Part shown: in pieces, positions 16,845-28,800 of the stretch
Position numbering within the stretch: the first letter of the stretch is position 1
Layout of the letters: each line of letters begins with the position of its first letter
From: a virus
Lineage: Duplodnaviria; Caudoviricetes
Direction: 5' to 3' (one strand)
Length of the DNA stretch: 53,109 nt
IMG/VR virus record: IMGVR_UViG_3300034190_001473
Coordinates: 1 to 53,109 of that record
The notes under the pieces: model-generated
Database searches by the model: none
What the model was told of the DNA's origin: nothing
The model's input: the letters and a program-made list of their open reading frames with translations, nothing else
Made by a program: the position numbers and the translations under genes

Positions 16845-19800
16845 CAGTCAAACGTGCCTCCGAAGCTGCTGCTGTTACTTTTCTTGCCGCCCGTGCTTGG
16901 CTCGCCACCAAGATCAGCCGCGCTTTCTCGGAAGTAGCTGACGCCGCCCAAGATCGGAAAGCGCATCGCAAGCTGCCGTAGCATCGCACGCCGCTTGGCA
17001 GTGGCTTCCCCGTCGCCAGTGACGTAGTCTTTCAACCCTGTCGCTACATCTATCGCACCAGTACCGGCGCTCACCGATGGGCCAAAGATGCTAGAAGCAA
17101 TACGCACTGTGCCGTATGCTCCATTGTCCATCTGCGCCGAGGCATTGTATAGAAGTTCCGCAAACAATCCGAGGCCACCAACAGCTAGTAAGCCATCAAT
17201 ATAAAGGCCCAGATTTTCGTCTGCGTCGCCGCCTTCCTTAGCTCCTAGCCCTTGAGCAATAGACCAAAGACCCAGCATGTTGGTGTCGGAACCCTTGCGC
17301 TCACGCAATGCCATTGACTGCTCGTCTTCACCGCCACGCATTTGCACGACGTCTTTGGTCATTACAGACAAGCTGCCCATGCCTACGCCAGCAGTGAGAA
17401 GGTACAGCGCAGGCTTTGTGTTGCCTGCCTTTGCCTCACTAATCACATAGCCACTAAGTCTGGCCATCATCAGAGGGAAAGACTTAAGCTGCCACATCAT
17501 AGACTGCCAAGGGTTCTGCGCCCAAAGAGGTGTGTCGTTGGGGTTAGGCATGAATACGCTTTCGTTTGTGAAGCGCAGCATCGCCATCTGTACCTGTTTC
17601 TTAATGGCCTCATCGCTTGGTGGCAGCTCGTCCAATCTGATAGCACCGTGCTTTAAGAAGTCGTACTTTGCGCCTTCTCCTGTCAGGCCATAACGCTTGA
17701 GGTAACGGATTGAAGTTTCATAATCCTTGCTACCCCGCAGACCTTTCGCACGCATCGCCAAGGCTCTGTTAATTTCAGTCTTGAAACTTTCAAAGCCGAC
17801 CATTGCTGACACTTCGCGGTTGATATTTGTCCACCCCGTCAGACCTGTGAAGTTGAAGAACGAGTTTGTGAACTTCTGGTTTCCCGCACCTGATTGTTGC
17901 ACCGCTCTGTCGTGCATAAGGTTTTCGATCCCGACGCCGATGTTGCGTGCAGCGTCACGGTAGGCTGGGTCTTTTTTCACGTAGCCTTTCCATGCTGTAT
18001 AGAACGCTCTCATATCCCCACTGCGTATAAGTGGAAGCACCATGTCGGGCATGGATGTTAGGGTTGTAAAGCCAAGCAACGATACCGAGTTAAACGCTTT
18101 CATGTTACGGCTCACGACATAGCGCAGCTCGCTCCCGTCGCCGCCATCTATCGAACGCTTGTTAAGTACGTTCATCATGTCGCGCATTTTAGTTTCGTTG
18201 CTATGTGTGAGGCGGTTTGTTCTAGGGAAATCAATCATCGCATTGATGATAGCATCCACGCGAACATTGTAGCCGACGTCGTCCCTGTCGATGCCTTCCA
18301 CCGCATTGATTAACATAGCCCTTGCGCGGTGCTTGTTCTTTCGGCGCAGTTCTGGCGTGTCGCCCAGCTCCTTTTCGACAGATACAAGCAAGTCTTTTAT
18401 TTCGTTACCCCGCCCCTGTACTCGCGGTACAAGAACTTCGTCTACCTGTAATGGTCCTTCCTTTGACTGCCCGTGAGACGACGTATGCTTGGCAGAGCGT
18501 AAGATTTCCACCGCCCTGTCTAGGCCACTGCCCTTACCAGACATGGTAGCTCCACGAGCTACGTCTAGGTAGGTGTCGAAGCCGTGCATGTTTAGACCGA
18601 ACCGTTCTGTCAGCAGGCGCTTCCTTACGGTGCGGTCAAAATATTTGGACATGATGCCTTGCAAGTCAGTGACTAAGAAGTTGTCCATTTCCACCATGTC
18701 GCCTGCTTGAAGCTGCAAGACGCGAGGGGCAAATATGCTGCCCAATGCTTTCTGTACTTGCGTGTCTATGGATGGATCATGCCCTTGAGTTAATCTGTAG
18801 TGGACATTTTCGGCCTTCGCTTCCAGCTCATCTATGCTGTGTCGCTTCTGCCCTCGGTAGTCTGGGCTGTTTTGCTCGCGCTTAAAGTAAGTTACGAGAG
18901 CATCCTTGAACCTGTTGGGGTTAGCCAGCAGTTCGTCTACATCCCAGACTTGAGGGACATAGAAGTCGTTACCTAGATTTCGTGCGTCACCGACAGCAAT
19001 CCCAAGGTCACGCATTTTTTTCAGCTCTGCATCAAACAGTCTTCCAATCTCTAACGCGGCTTCTCTTTCTTCCTGTGCCAGCTCTTGAACAGCGCCCCGT
19101 CCTCGACGCAATGCGCTTATAATTCTGTTGTGGCTGTCTGGTTGCTTGGCGTCTTTTAGCATTAAGCCACGGTTGCGGTTGGCCCATTTCTTCACCCGAC
19201 CCCCTGCGTCTGGCAGGGCGTTTAGCTTTTGGAACACACCGTTGACTGTGTTGTGCAGCTCGACGTCATGCTCTTCAAAAAATCCAGCCCCGTCTTGAGG
19301 CTTGATCTTATCCGCGTACCAATTAGCTCCGACGTTGCGGAAGTGTGCCGCGTTTTCTGAAAAGAAATTCACCACGGACGATAGCTTGCTCACCTTCTGA
19401 GCGTCTGCCTCCGTAACGTCTTGCTTCTTAAATATTTTACCCAGTACCGGGACCAACTGCACAGGTAGCTCAAGTCGTTGCGCCTCTTGCGCTAAGTTTG
19501 CAAACCGCCCAGGTGGTAGCTCGCCGTTTACGACAGCCATTTCTATGGCTAGTGACCCACCCATTTTGCGCTCAGAGTTTCTAGTCGGGTTAGAAGAAAA
19601 GTTTGCATCTACTGGTGTAAAGCCACCCTCCGCTTGGCGAACAGACGCGCTACTGAACACAACATCGCCTACGTCTGTGGTCAAAGCGTCGTAGCCCTGC
19701 CCAGACATGAAAGCGTTAAATGCTTGCCGCGCTTTTATCGCGTTCTTAGCAGTCCCGTGCTTGACCATAAGGCCGTCTTCGCCAGTCAGCGTGCGGTGAA

Positions 19801-22800
19801 GTGCTGCGCCTGAGAAAGTATCAGGTACGTTGCTCATCAACTCTTCGACAGCTCCGAAGTTTATCAGGCCAGCATTTACCATTCTGCCAATCAGGTACGA
19901 AATGCCGTCTTGTGCGTCACTTCTAAAGGAATAAGATGACCCGCTTGTCAGGTCAAAAGGCGTAGACATTTTGGCAAAAACTGGGACGACTTTAGGCTGC
20001 ACAATCGAACCATCCAGACTTTCCAGCAGCCGCCAATGCCGATCTTGCATAGCGAGGAAGTGCTTAAGCTCGTGGTTCACGACGCCGTTCTGGTCTTGGC
20101 TCCTGTTCATAAGATCAAGTATGCTCTGTCGGTAAAACACAATGGCTTCTGCCGATACCATGCCACCGTCTATATCTGCTGGTGTCAGCGGCGAAGACTG
20201 CAAGGCTCTCTTAGTCGTTTCTAAAAATTCGACCTCGTCAAACTCTGCGTCTGCCTCTCCCGCTTTAGTCATATAAACCCCATCGCCATAGGGTCCGTCA
20301 GACGTTTTGGTCACGCCGTTTACATCTGCTTGCGGTGACTTATTGAAGCGAAGGAATGTGTCGACGTTTTCAAATGGGCTTGCGCCTAAGAAGGTGCGTA
20401 CCGTTGCTTGCATTTTCTCTGACATAGACATGGTTAGTTCGCGGCCAAATCTGCCTGCGATTGTCGGGGAAATAGTACTAGAGCCGTGCGACTTAGCCGC
20501 CATCAGCACTGGCGTTCTGGCTATGGCAACCTCTTCTTTAGTGGGCGACAGCAAGAATATTTCTTCGCCGCTATTAACCCACTTGTTCGCTTCGTCGTAA
20601 TCTCTCTTGAAGGCTATAGTGTCTTTGGGGAACGCAAGTATGTCGTGCGTAAGATCAAAGACTATCTGGCCTATTTCTTTTAAGCCATTCTCAACGTCAG
20701 CAACGGCAAACTTGGGCGGGTCATAAGTAAACGTGCCTCCCGACGCTTGATTTTGCGAGCTGTTTTCGTATTGCCTTTTCAGCAAAGTCCTTAGCCTGTC
20801 GTCAAAAGTGTTCGTCTTGCCGATGTCTGGCTTCACCCCAGAGTTTGTCTGGCGCATAGCGCGAGTGACAAAGAAATCTAAGGTTTCACTTTCTCTCTGG
20901 TTTGCGTCTGCGTAGCTAACTTGCGCAGCGTCGTTTATGTCTTTCTGCTGACTAGGTGAGAGCATACGATACGCCATCATATACAAGTCGGGCAGTACGT
21001 CTTCGTATAGGTTTTCTGTGATGTAATCTTTCTTTGCGTCCAACGCTTCTCTCGACGGTTGTTGGTTTAAACGCGCATCGTTTATACGAGTTATCTTGAC
21101 CGCCAGCTTGCGCAAAGTTTTGCGCATTTCTTTAAACAATGGACCGTCTTGTTCTAGTACGACTTCGTCGTTGCCTGCTTTGTTTTGCCCGTAGCCTGTA
21201 ATGACGTGAGCAGTGTACTCAGTGTCTACAATTTTATTAGGCGCTTCTGTTTCAGATATGCCAGCGTTGTGGAAGTTCGTCCACAATGACTGCAAGACAG
21301 TCTCCACGTCGGCTCTGCGGTGCGTCATAGCACCCTTGGCTACGACGAATGGCGCAGACTTATCGCCAGCAGGCTTGTTAGGTGGCGCGTAAACACCCTC
21401 ATGTTTGACCCCAATGTTTTTCGGGTCTGTCTTCCAACGCAAGGCAATCTGTATCCATAACGGATCGCCCAGCTCTGTCGCCGCCTTTGCTAGTCGCGCA
21501 ACAATCTTATGCTGCTCGCCGTTCTTCGACATGTTTGTAAGCTCCGTGAGGATTTGCTTAGCAAAGTCCCCCTTGGCCAACGCCTGCTTGTAAAGCTCTT
21601 GCATGGTTGGGATAGACGTTAGGTCTGGCCGCGCACCCAGTTCATTTATGCTTTGGAAAATGCTTTGGATTGCCATGACGCCAGTATCGCCATCGACAAT
21701 GTGACGCTTTAGCGCCTCAATGGGCGCAATAGGGACCGCCAACTCGTCGACCATCCCAGCCAAATCATCTGGCGCGACGTCGGCTATGTCGATGCCTGCG
21801 TTGTTAAACTGAGCGACGATTAAGTCTAGGGCTTCCTTCTTTGACTGGTACTCGGCTGCGTCTTCACGGGCCATTTTCTTAAACCGTTCAGACTTTCTGT
21901 TCACTTTTCGGACTTCCGCTTGTCCTTCAAAAGTAATCCCAATGTATAAGTCTGTCGTCGCGTCTCGTGGCATCTGCCTGTTGAAGGCAGCAATCATCTG
22001 CCTGTTCATAACGTCCATTGCGTTGTTCAGGTTGGTTGCGAGCAAGTCCATTTGCTGAATAATTTTTTCGTCAAGATTATCATAGGGGCTATCCTCCCTA
22101 ATCTTAGCTTCCGTCGCTTCGTCCGGTGTGCCGCCGTCGTCTATTAGCTTGCGGATTTCGTCGTCACGCTGCTTGGTTTCCTCGACGTCTGGATTGAAGG
22201 CTTTCTTATTTTCCCTCAGAGCTTTTAGAAAGGCGTGGACTTTATGTTGTGCCTCTAAAAGTTTGCCCCGTTGCAGCGAGCCAGTCCCAGTGTCAAACAT
22301 TGTGATCCGCACGTTGCCACTACCCTCTTGGAGAGGGTTGAAGTAGTGAGTTTCCTCGCCAGCTTTGCCGCCAAACATGCCGTAGATTTTATTCTTGGCA
22401 GCTTCCATGTCTGTGGCGAGCGACAAGCTGTCGTCCAGACTTGCGGGTGTTCGCATCTTTGCGCCAAGCAGTGTCAGGCGTGTCGTGTCGAGAAGTCTAA
22501 TCTTTTCTCCAAGGAACGCTGCGGTGTTTCTCTTCTGCCCCTCTTTCATGGGCTTGCCGAACTTTGCACCTACGCCTTCCAAGTGCGCAAAGCGACTAAT
22601 GCCCACGTTCATTTTGCCTGTAACGGGATCAGGTTGCAGCACAGGCATGTGCTTTTGAAAGATTGGAACCAAGTCGGGGTCTAGCTGCACACCCGGCGTT
22701 TCTATGCCGCGCAGATTGTTGAGCAACATTGTTCCGAGCTGTGCAATCTTGCCCCACAAGCTGATGTTGTTGACCTGTCCGTTGGATGTCACCCACGTTA

Positions 22801-25800
22801 AGAATTGGTTGGCAAAATACTCTGATGGCGAGTGCAGGGAATTACTAAATAGCTGTGGGTCTACCGAACCTTTTTGCAAAAGGTCCATGTCCAATCCGTC
22901 GCCAGCTTCGGCGTCGTTGTAGAACTTTTCCATTGCCGACCAGAACTGAACCTTGTCTGTCTCATCCAGCACGTTGGCATACAGCCAGTGTGCTGTCTCG
23001 TGGATGATCGTCGCAGTGATTGGTGTGTGTCGATTGCCGCCAGCATTGATCTGCTCTTTGTCCAGCGTGATACGGTTCCGCTTACTCCCAAACTTTTCAT
23101 TCGCAAAGTCTGGCGTAAATGAGTTTTCATTACCCACCTCAATTAAGGGGGATTTTCCAGTGAAAGTGAAAAGGTTCTCAAGGAACGACACCGACGCCGC
23201 CAAGTCGTCTGGCGCATGTTCTGACAGCGCTTGTTGGAGCTGGTTATAGTTCACCTTAACACGACGTGCGGTGTCTCTATCAATGCCGTTCTTAGCGGAT
23301 GAGTTCAGTAAAGCACCGACTGACGCTCGCAATCTCATAAAGTTTTTATAGCTGTTCAGTGAGGGCAGCATATTCCAAGAGATACTTTCGAGACCAAACA
23401 TCATATCGTTCAGCTCGCCAATGGTTTTTGGTACTGTCGCTAACTCGGCCAAGACCGCTATGTGTTCTTCCGACCCACTGATAGGGTTGTCTGCAATCGT
23501 GGATAGCTTTGATGCTTTCGTGTTCACGGCAGCTTTACTGCCGTCTGGTACTGTGTTTGCCAGCGACGCCAACTCTGCGTCAGCGTCGGCCACTGTGACC
23601 AGTTTCCCGTTCCTGTCGTAGAAGCTGTCGCTTGCGTCCATAGGACGGAAGGTTTCGAGAAGCTGGTCTTTGCGGGACACGCCTGTCGATGGCAAGTCTA
23701 CGTGACCAAAGATAAACTCATAGCGGGAGCTATTCTTCAGCATGTCGCCTGCGCTCTGTGCTTTCTTCAGACTTGTGGCTCGCACACTTCCTTTTAGTTT
23801 AGAGGTCTTGTCTACAATCTGCACTGCAAACATTTTGCCCGTTGGAATTTGTGCGGCGTAGTATTCGCCATTGTGTGTCAGGCGGTCTGCTGGATCGACT
23901 GGCTTGGCAGGCGTGTCTAAAGGCGTCTCACCCTTTTTGGTGTTAGGCGTCAGCGGTTTATTGTTACCGTAAGTCTCGGAATTTTTGTGGTCGATTGGGT
24001 ATTCCGTACCGACTTGGTTAGCTTTGCGCCGATACTTGTTTGGCATCTTGTTTGCGACTTGGTTAAAAGTTTCGCGGAACATCGGCAAGAGATCGTCAAT
24101 CAAGTCCTTCTTAGTGTCGAACACATAGACCTTACCGTCAGAGGCCCGTGTAAACACAGCCTTCCCGTCTGGCAGACTATCTACAGCGCCAAGCATACGA
24201 CCTTCAAACCCAATACTTGTGCGGCTATTGCCCAAGTCGACGTAGTCCAAGTCGTTGAACAGGTCTATTTCAATGCCATCAATCACACGGATGTAGGGCG
24301 GCTTGCCCTTGGATGTCGGCGGCACGCTGTCTGGCTCAGTGACAGGCTTAGTCTTCTTAGCGTAATGCGCCCGTATCTTTTTGATCTGGTCTTCTAGCCA
24401 CGCTTTAGGCAAGCCGTTGTCTCGCTGGATAGTCAACGCCTCGGCAATGTCTTCGCCCATTTCTACGCTGGCGGCTTCCTCTTGCATAATGCTGTCGGCC
24501 TTTTGCCTTACCGCAGTTTTTGTCGCTGGGTTAATAGGCTTGGCCTCATTGAGCGGTACTCCCGCCATTATAGCGTAGTCTTCGGGCGTCATTTCAGGCC
24601 CATTACCAGCACGGTTATTTAAGGTAGCTGTGACAGCCGCATTAAAGGCGTCGGCTTCTAGCTCTGCGCGAAGTTCGGGGTCTTTAATGTGGTCAAAATT
24701 TTGAAACGCTTGGTCGTAAGCGTTATCTCCATCTAGCCCTCGTCTTTCGTTCATTGCCGCCTCTTGCGCAGCGTCTCTGGTGGCTTGGTCGCCTTCCGAT
24801 TTAGTGCGAGCGTAGTCTTGCCTTGCTGCCGCCGCCCGTGCTTTACCGGGTGCGGAGATTAGGTCGTCAGCAACTTTGCTGTCCACTTTCGCGCCAGTAT
24901 CCAATGCGTTTTGGAGCGCAAAGCCTAGCTTGGTGAGCGTGGCACGCATACGTTGCAGCTCAACCTCGTCCATAGCGACCTTTTCACCAGTCCTAGCCAT
25001 AGTCCCATCGCCTTGCTTTTCCAGCCTGCCTTTCATGGTGTCATGCAGCTTATTTCTTAAAGCGTTGTACTCAGTCCTGAGACTTGTCAGCCCTTCGTTC
25101 TCAAGATATTCGACCTTGTTGTCAGCCGCAGCTTCCTTCTTAGTCGAGCTGTTAAAGTCTGAAACGATACCCTTTAACGCTCGTCTCATTACTTGCGCAT
25201 CTGAGATTTCCGAGGCATCGCTGGTGCTGTCCACCAATGCTTGTCGTGCAAGCTGCAACTGCGCAGGGTCGACTAAGATTTGCGTACCTTTTTTAAGGCT
25301 AGGGTCGTCAACAAAAAACGTCGCAATCCTTAACTTGCTGTAAAGCGCGTCGAGAGCATCCTGTGCATCTGCTACTTTTTGAGGGTCGATGGCTGCATCT
25401 GGGTTTTTCTTAGACGGCTTGGGGTTTTTCGCGCTCTTTAATTTGTTTATCGCTTTGTCTAACTGCTCTATGGCGGTTATCCGTGGCTGCGTGTACGGCA
25501 AGTTACGCTTAGCCTTAACCGAGTTACTCACGCGCTGCTCAGACGCCGCATCAATCGCTGCGTCATGGATCGCCATTTGTGCAGTGACTTGGCTGTTCAA
25601 AGTTTCCAGCTTGCCAGTCTGCCCGTTTCTAACGGTTGTCTTTCTAAATAGCTTACCGCCCTTGCTCTTACCAAAGACTGCCGCCAACTGCGCGGTTGTT
25701 GCCTTGCCTTCTGTAGTCTTGCCCCAGACAGTCATCTTTCCTGTGGCCGCGACTTGGGTGTAACCAATGTGCTTGCCGAGACCTAGAGCTGCCGTCGCGT

Positions 25801-28800
25801 CGCTTACGCCAATAGCCGACGACGTCCTTACGTTGCCTCTGTCACCTCGGATACTTTTGCCGTCTTTAACTGGGTTGGTGCTGGTGCTGTCGTAGGCTAA
25901 TCTGTCCAGCTTCTTTGCGCTATCGGTGCGCTGACCCTTCCTGTCGCCGTAAGCATATGTCTCGTCGTCCACCCCACGGCGACCCATGTCTATATTTTTT
26001 TCGCGGCTCTTTTGCAGCTTTTCGTTACGTGTATCAAGAATTGAAATTATCTTAGAGACGTACATGTCTCTCTTAAAGCCGTACTTGTCTATCAGAGCTG
26101 CTATTTCTGCGCGAGCTGCTAGGTGTGCCTCTTGAGCTGGTGTGGCATCCTTGGTTGGTGACACTTTGTAACGAATACGAGTAGCGCCTTTAGCAACGCC
26201 AACAATGTCGCCGCCGGGACTAGCCAAGATGTTACCAAAGTCATAACCAGCCAGCCTAAATTCACGGCTCTGGATTTCGGTGGTGTACTTTTTGCCAGCC
26301 GCGCTTTCTGCCAACGACGGCTTGAAAGTTCTCAGCATTTTTTCCAGAGCTTTTGTAAGCTCTTGCCGCATCTGTCGGTTAGCATCTATCTCGTTTGATA
26401 TGGCTTGCTGATTGCGCTCGACAAAGTCACCAGAGCGACGCATCCATCTGTCGACCTTGTCGTCAGCCAATCTGTTTACGATTGTTTCCGCGTCGGCCAT
26501 TTTCATCTGACCACTTGCCAGCAAGCTCGACAAATATTTTTCTTTGAACTCGTTAAGCTCGGTTTTCATGGAGCTAGGAAGGCCTTCGATAAACACTTTT
26601 ATCTCTGACTTCTTTGCAGGGGGGAAATCAACGCGCTGGACGTCTGGGTTGTTAATCGCTGCGCGAGCAATATCTGCAAACTCTGGCGTGAAGTCTTGCG
26701 CCATGCCCTCTAAGACTTGGTCAGGCAATCCAAAGCCGTCCACCAATCTGTCGTCAAAGATTTCTACTGCTTGTCGCTCACGCCAATCATTATACTCAGC
26801 CATTGCACCCGCACGGTATGGCGTCGCGTCTCCGTATTTCTCTGCTTGGTTTGCGTCTAGTAAAGTTTCAAAAACTACATTGTTTAATGCAGACGCAGCT
26901 ATGCCGTCGTCATCGTTTAGCAATTCTATAGCATCGCTGCGGCCAGCATATTCTTCAAGGATTGCTTGGAACTTTGCTTTTCGTGCAGCAATAGCCGCCT
27001 TGGTATTTTTCTTAATGCTGCTGATTTGTTCAGCCAACTGCTTAGCGGTGAACGGCCCACCAATGTTATCGACTAATAATTGCAAAACGGCAAATCGACT
27101 GTCGGCATTAGTATTCATGTCGACAATATTTACGATCCGCTCGGTAGCGGTCACTACTACTTCGACTGGTGCTACGTCGGGTGTGCCGCCGCTTGGCTCT
27201 TCTACTGGCTGTGCGGCCACTTTCGCAGCATGTCTCGCCATTCTGTCTTGCTCAAAGAGCTTTGTCGCTTCTGAGCTTTTTTCTTTTACGGCGTCTTGAA
27301 CTGCGCGTTGGTCGTCGGCAGCTTTAGTCGCGTCATCTAGCGCTTGTCTTTTCTCGTTAAAGACGGCCATTTCTGGGCTGTCAGGAGCGCTTGTCACTTT
27401 TTCAATGTTGCCGCCATCAGCGTCTTGACCGACTACTTCTTTTTGCAGGCCTCGTTCCGCGTCTTGCAGTTCTCGCGTCGCGCTATCAACCGCTTCATCT
27501 AACTCAGGCAGCTTCTCGCCAGCGGCCTCGACTTGCTGGCGCAATGCCTCCTGTATACGTGCTTCTCTTTCGGCAATCGCGCTTTCATTGACATCTGATA
27601 ACCGTTCGCCAGCCGTGTCGCTCGGCTGACCGCCACCCGTAAGATTTTCGCGGTTTTTCCCTACCCCTACGGCGTCTACGCCTTGAGCTTGTGCCACTGC
27701 GTTGGTAACGTCTCGGACTAAACTTCGTCCCTCGCCTTGCGTGTTTTCTTCAACAGTAAAGCCTTCGCCCACAGCGGCGTTCATAGTGTTGTCTGCTGCG
27801 TTACCGACGCCATCGGTATAGCCAATGCGCTTCTGTTGGTTTGTTAAGTCTTCCAGCAATTTGATGTCGACGTCTGCCGTGGCTTTGGATGGAGCATCAA
27901 TGCCCTGTAGCTGCACTTCGATTTTGTCTGCCACTGCACGGTGGCGTTCTGCCAAGTCGCGTGCTTCTCTAATCTTTACTTCGTTAGCGCCAGCGGCCAC
28001 CATTTTTTCAGCGTCGGCGTCATACTTTGAGGCAAGGCCAATGCTATCGTTCATAGCTTTGACACCGTTTAAAAACCGCTGCGATGCGCTCGTATCAACC
28101 GATGACGAAGCGCTTACGTCGATAGTCTTCCCGCTGTCGTCAGCAGTTCCTTGCTCCATCACAGCGTCTTGCAGTTCTTGCGTTCTTTGGCGCTCTGCCC
28201 GATCCGTAAATACTTGGGTCAGGCGCACTTTATTGGCTGGCGTCCCGATCCCTGTTGGTTCTTCTGGGGCGGCGTTCTCGGCCTCTTGCTGTGCTTTCGC
28301 CGCTGCCGTCTGGCGTCCGTCTAAGTCAGCTCTGAACGCTGCACGACGTCCGTCCCTTATGCCTCGACCTATGGCGTTGCCCTTGCCAAAGCCTTTGGAC
28401 ATTGGGTTGACGTTAGGGACAAGCGCACCAGCTAGACCCATAGGTGCGCCGAGCAATGCGCCCCCAATTAACCCGCCGCCGATTGCAGCGCCCGTCTGCA
28501 TCAAGCTGTACTTGTCTTGCAAGCCAATCTTTATATCACGCGACTGCGTACCTAGACTGTGTATGCCCTCGACTAGACCACCAGCCAGAGCTTCCGAAGT
28601 CGCACCCTTTGTAAGACCAGCGCGGATACCAGCTTTTCTTGCTTGGCCTAATGCTGCCTGTGTCGTGGCATTTTTTACGCTGTGAGTACCAGCTTTGGCC
28701 ATAACGCCAGCCGCCGCCGCACGCGCAGCAACTCCACCCGATCCGAAACCTACGACGTTAATAACGTCGAGCAGACCAGCCGCAGCATTTGTGCGAAACC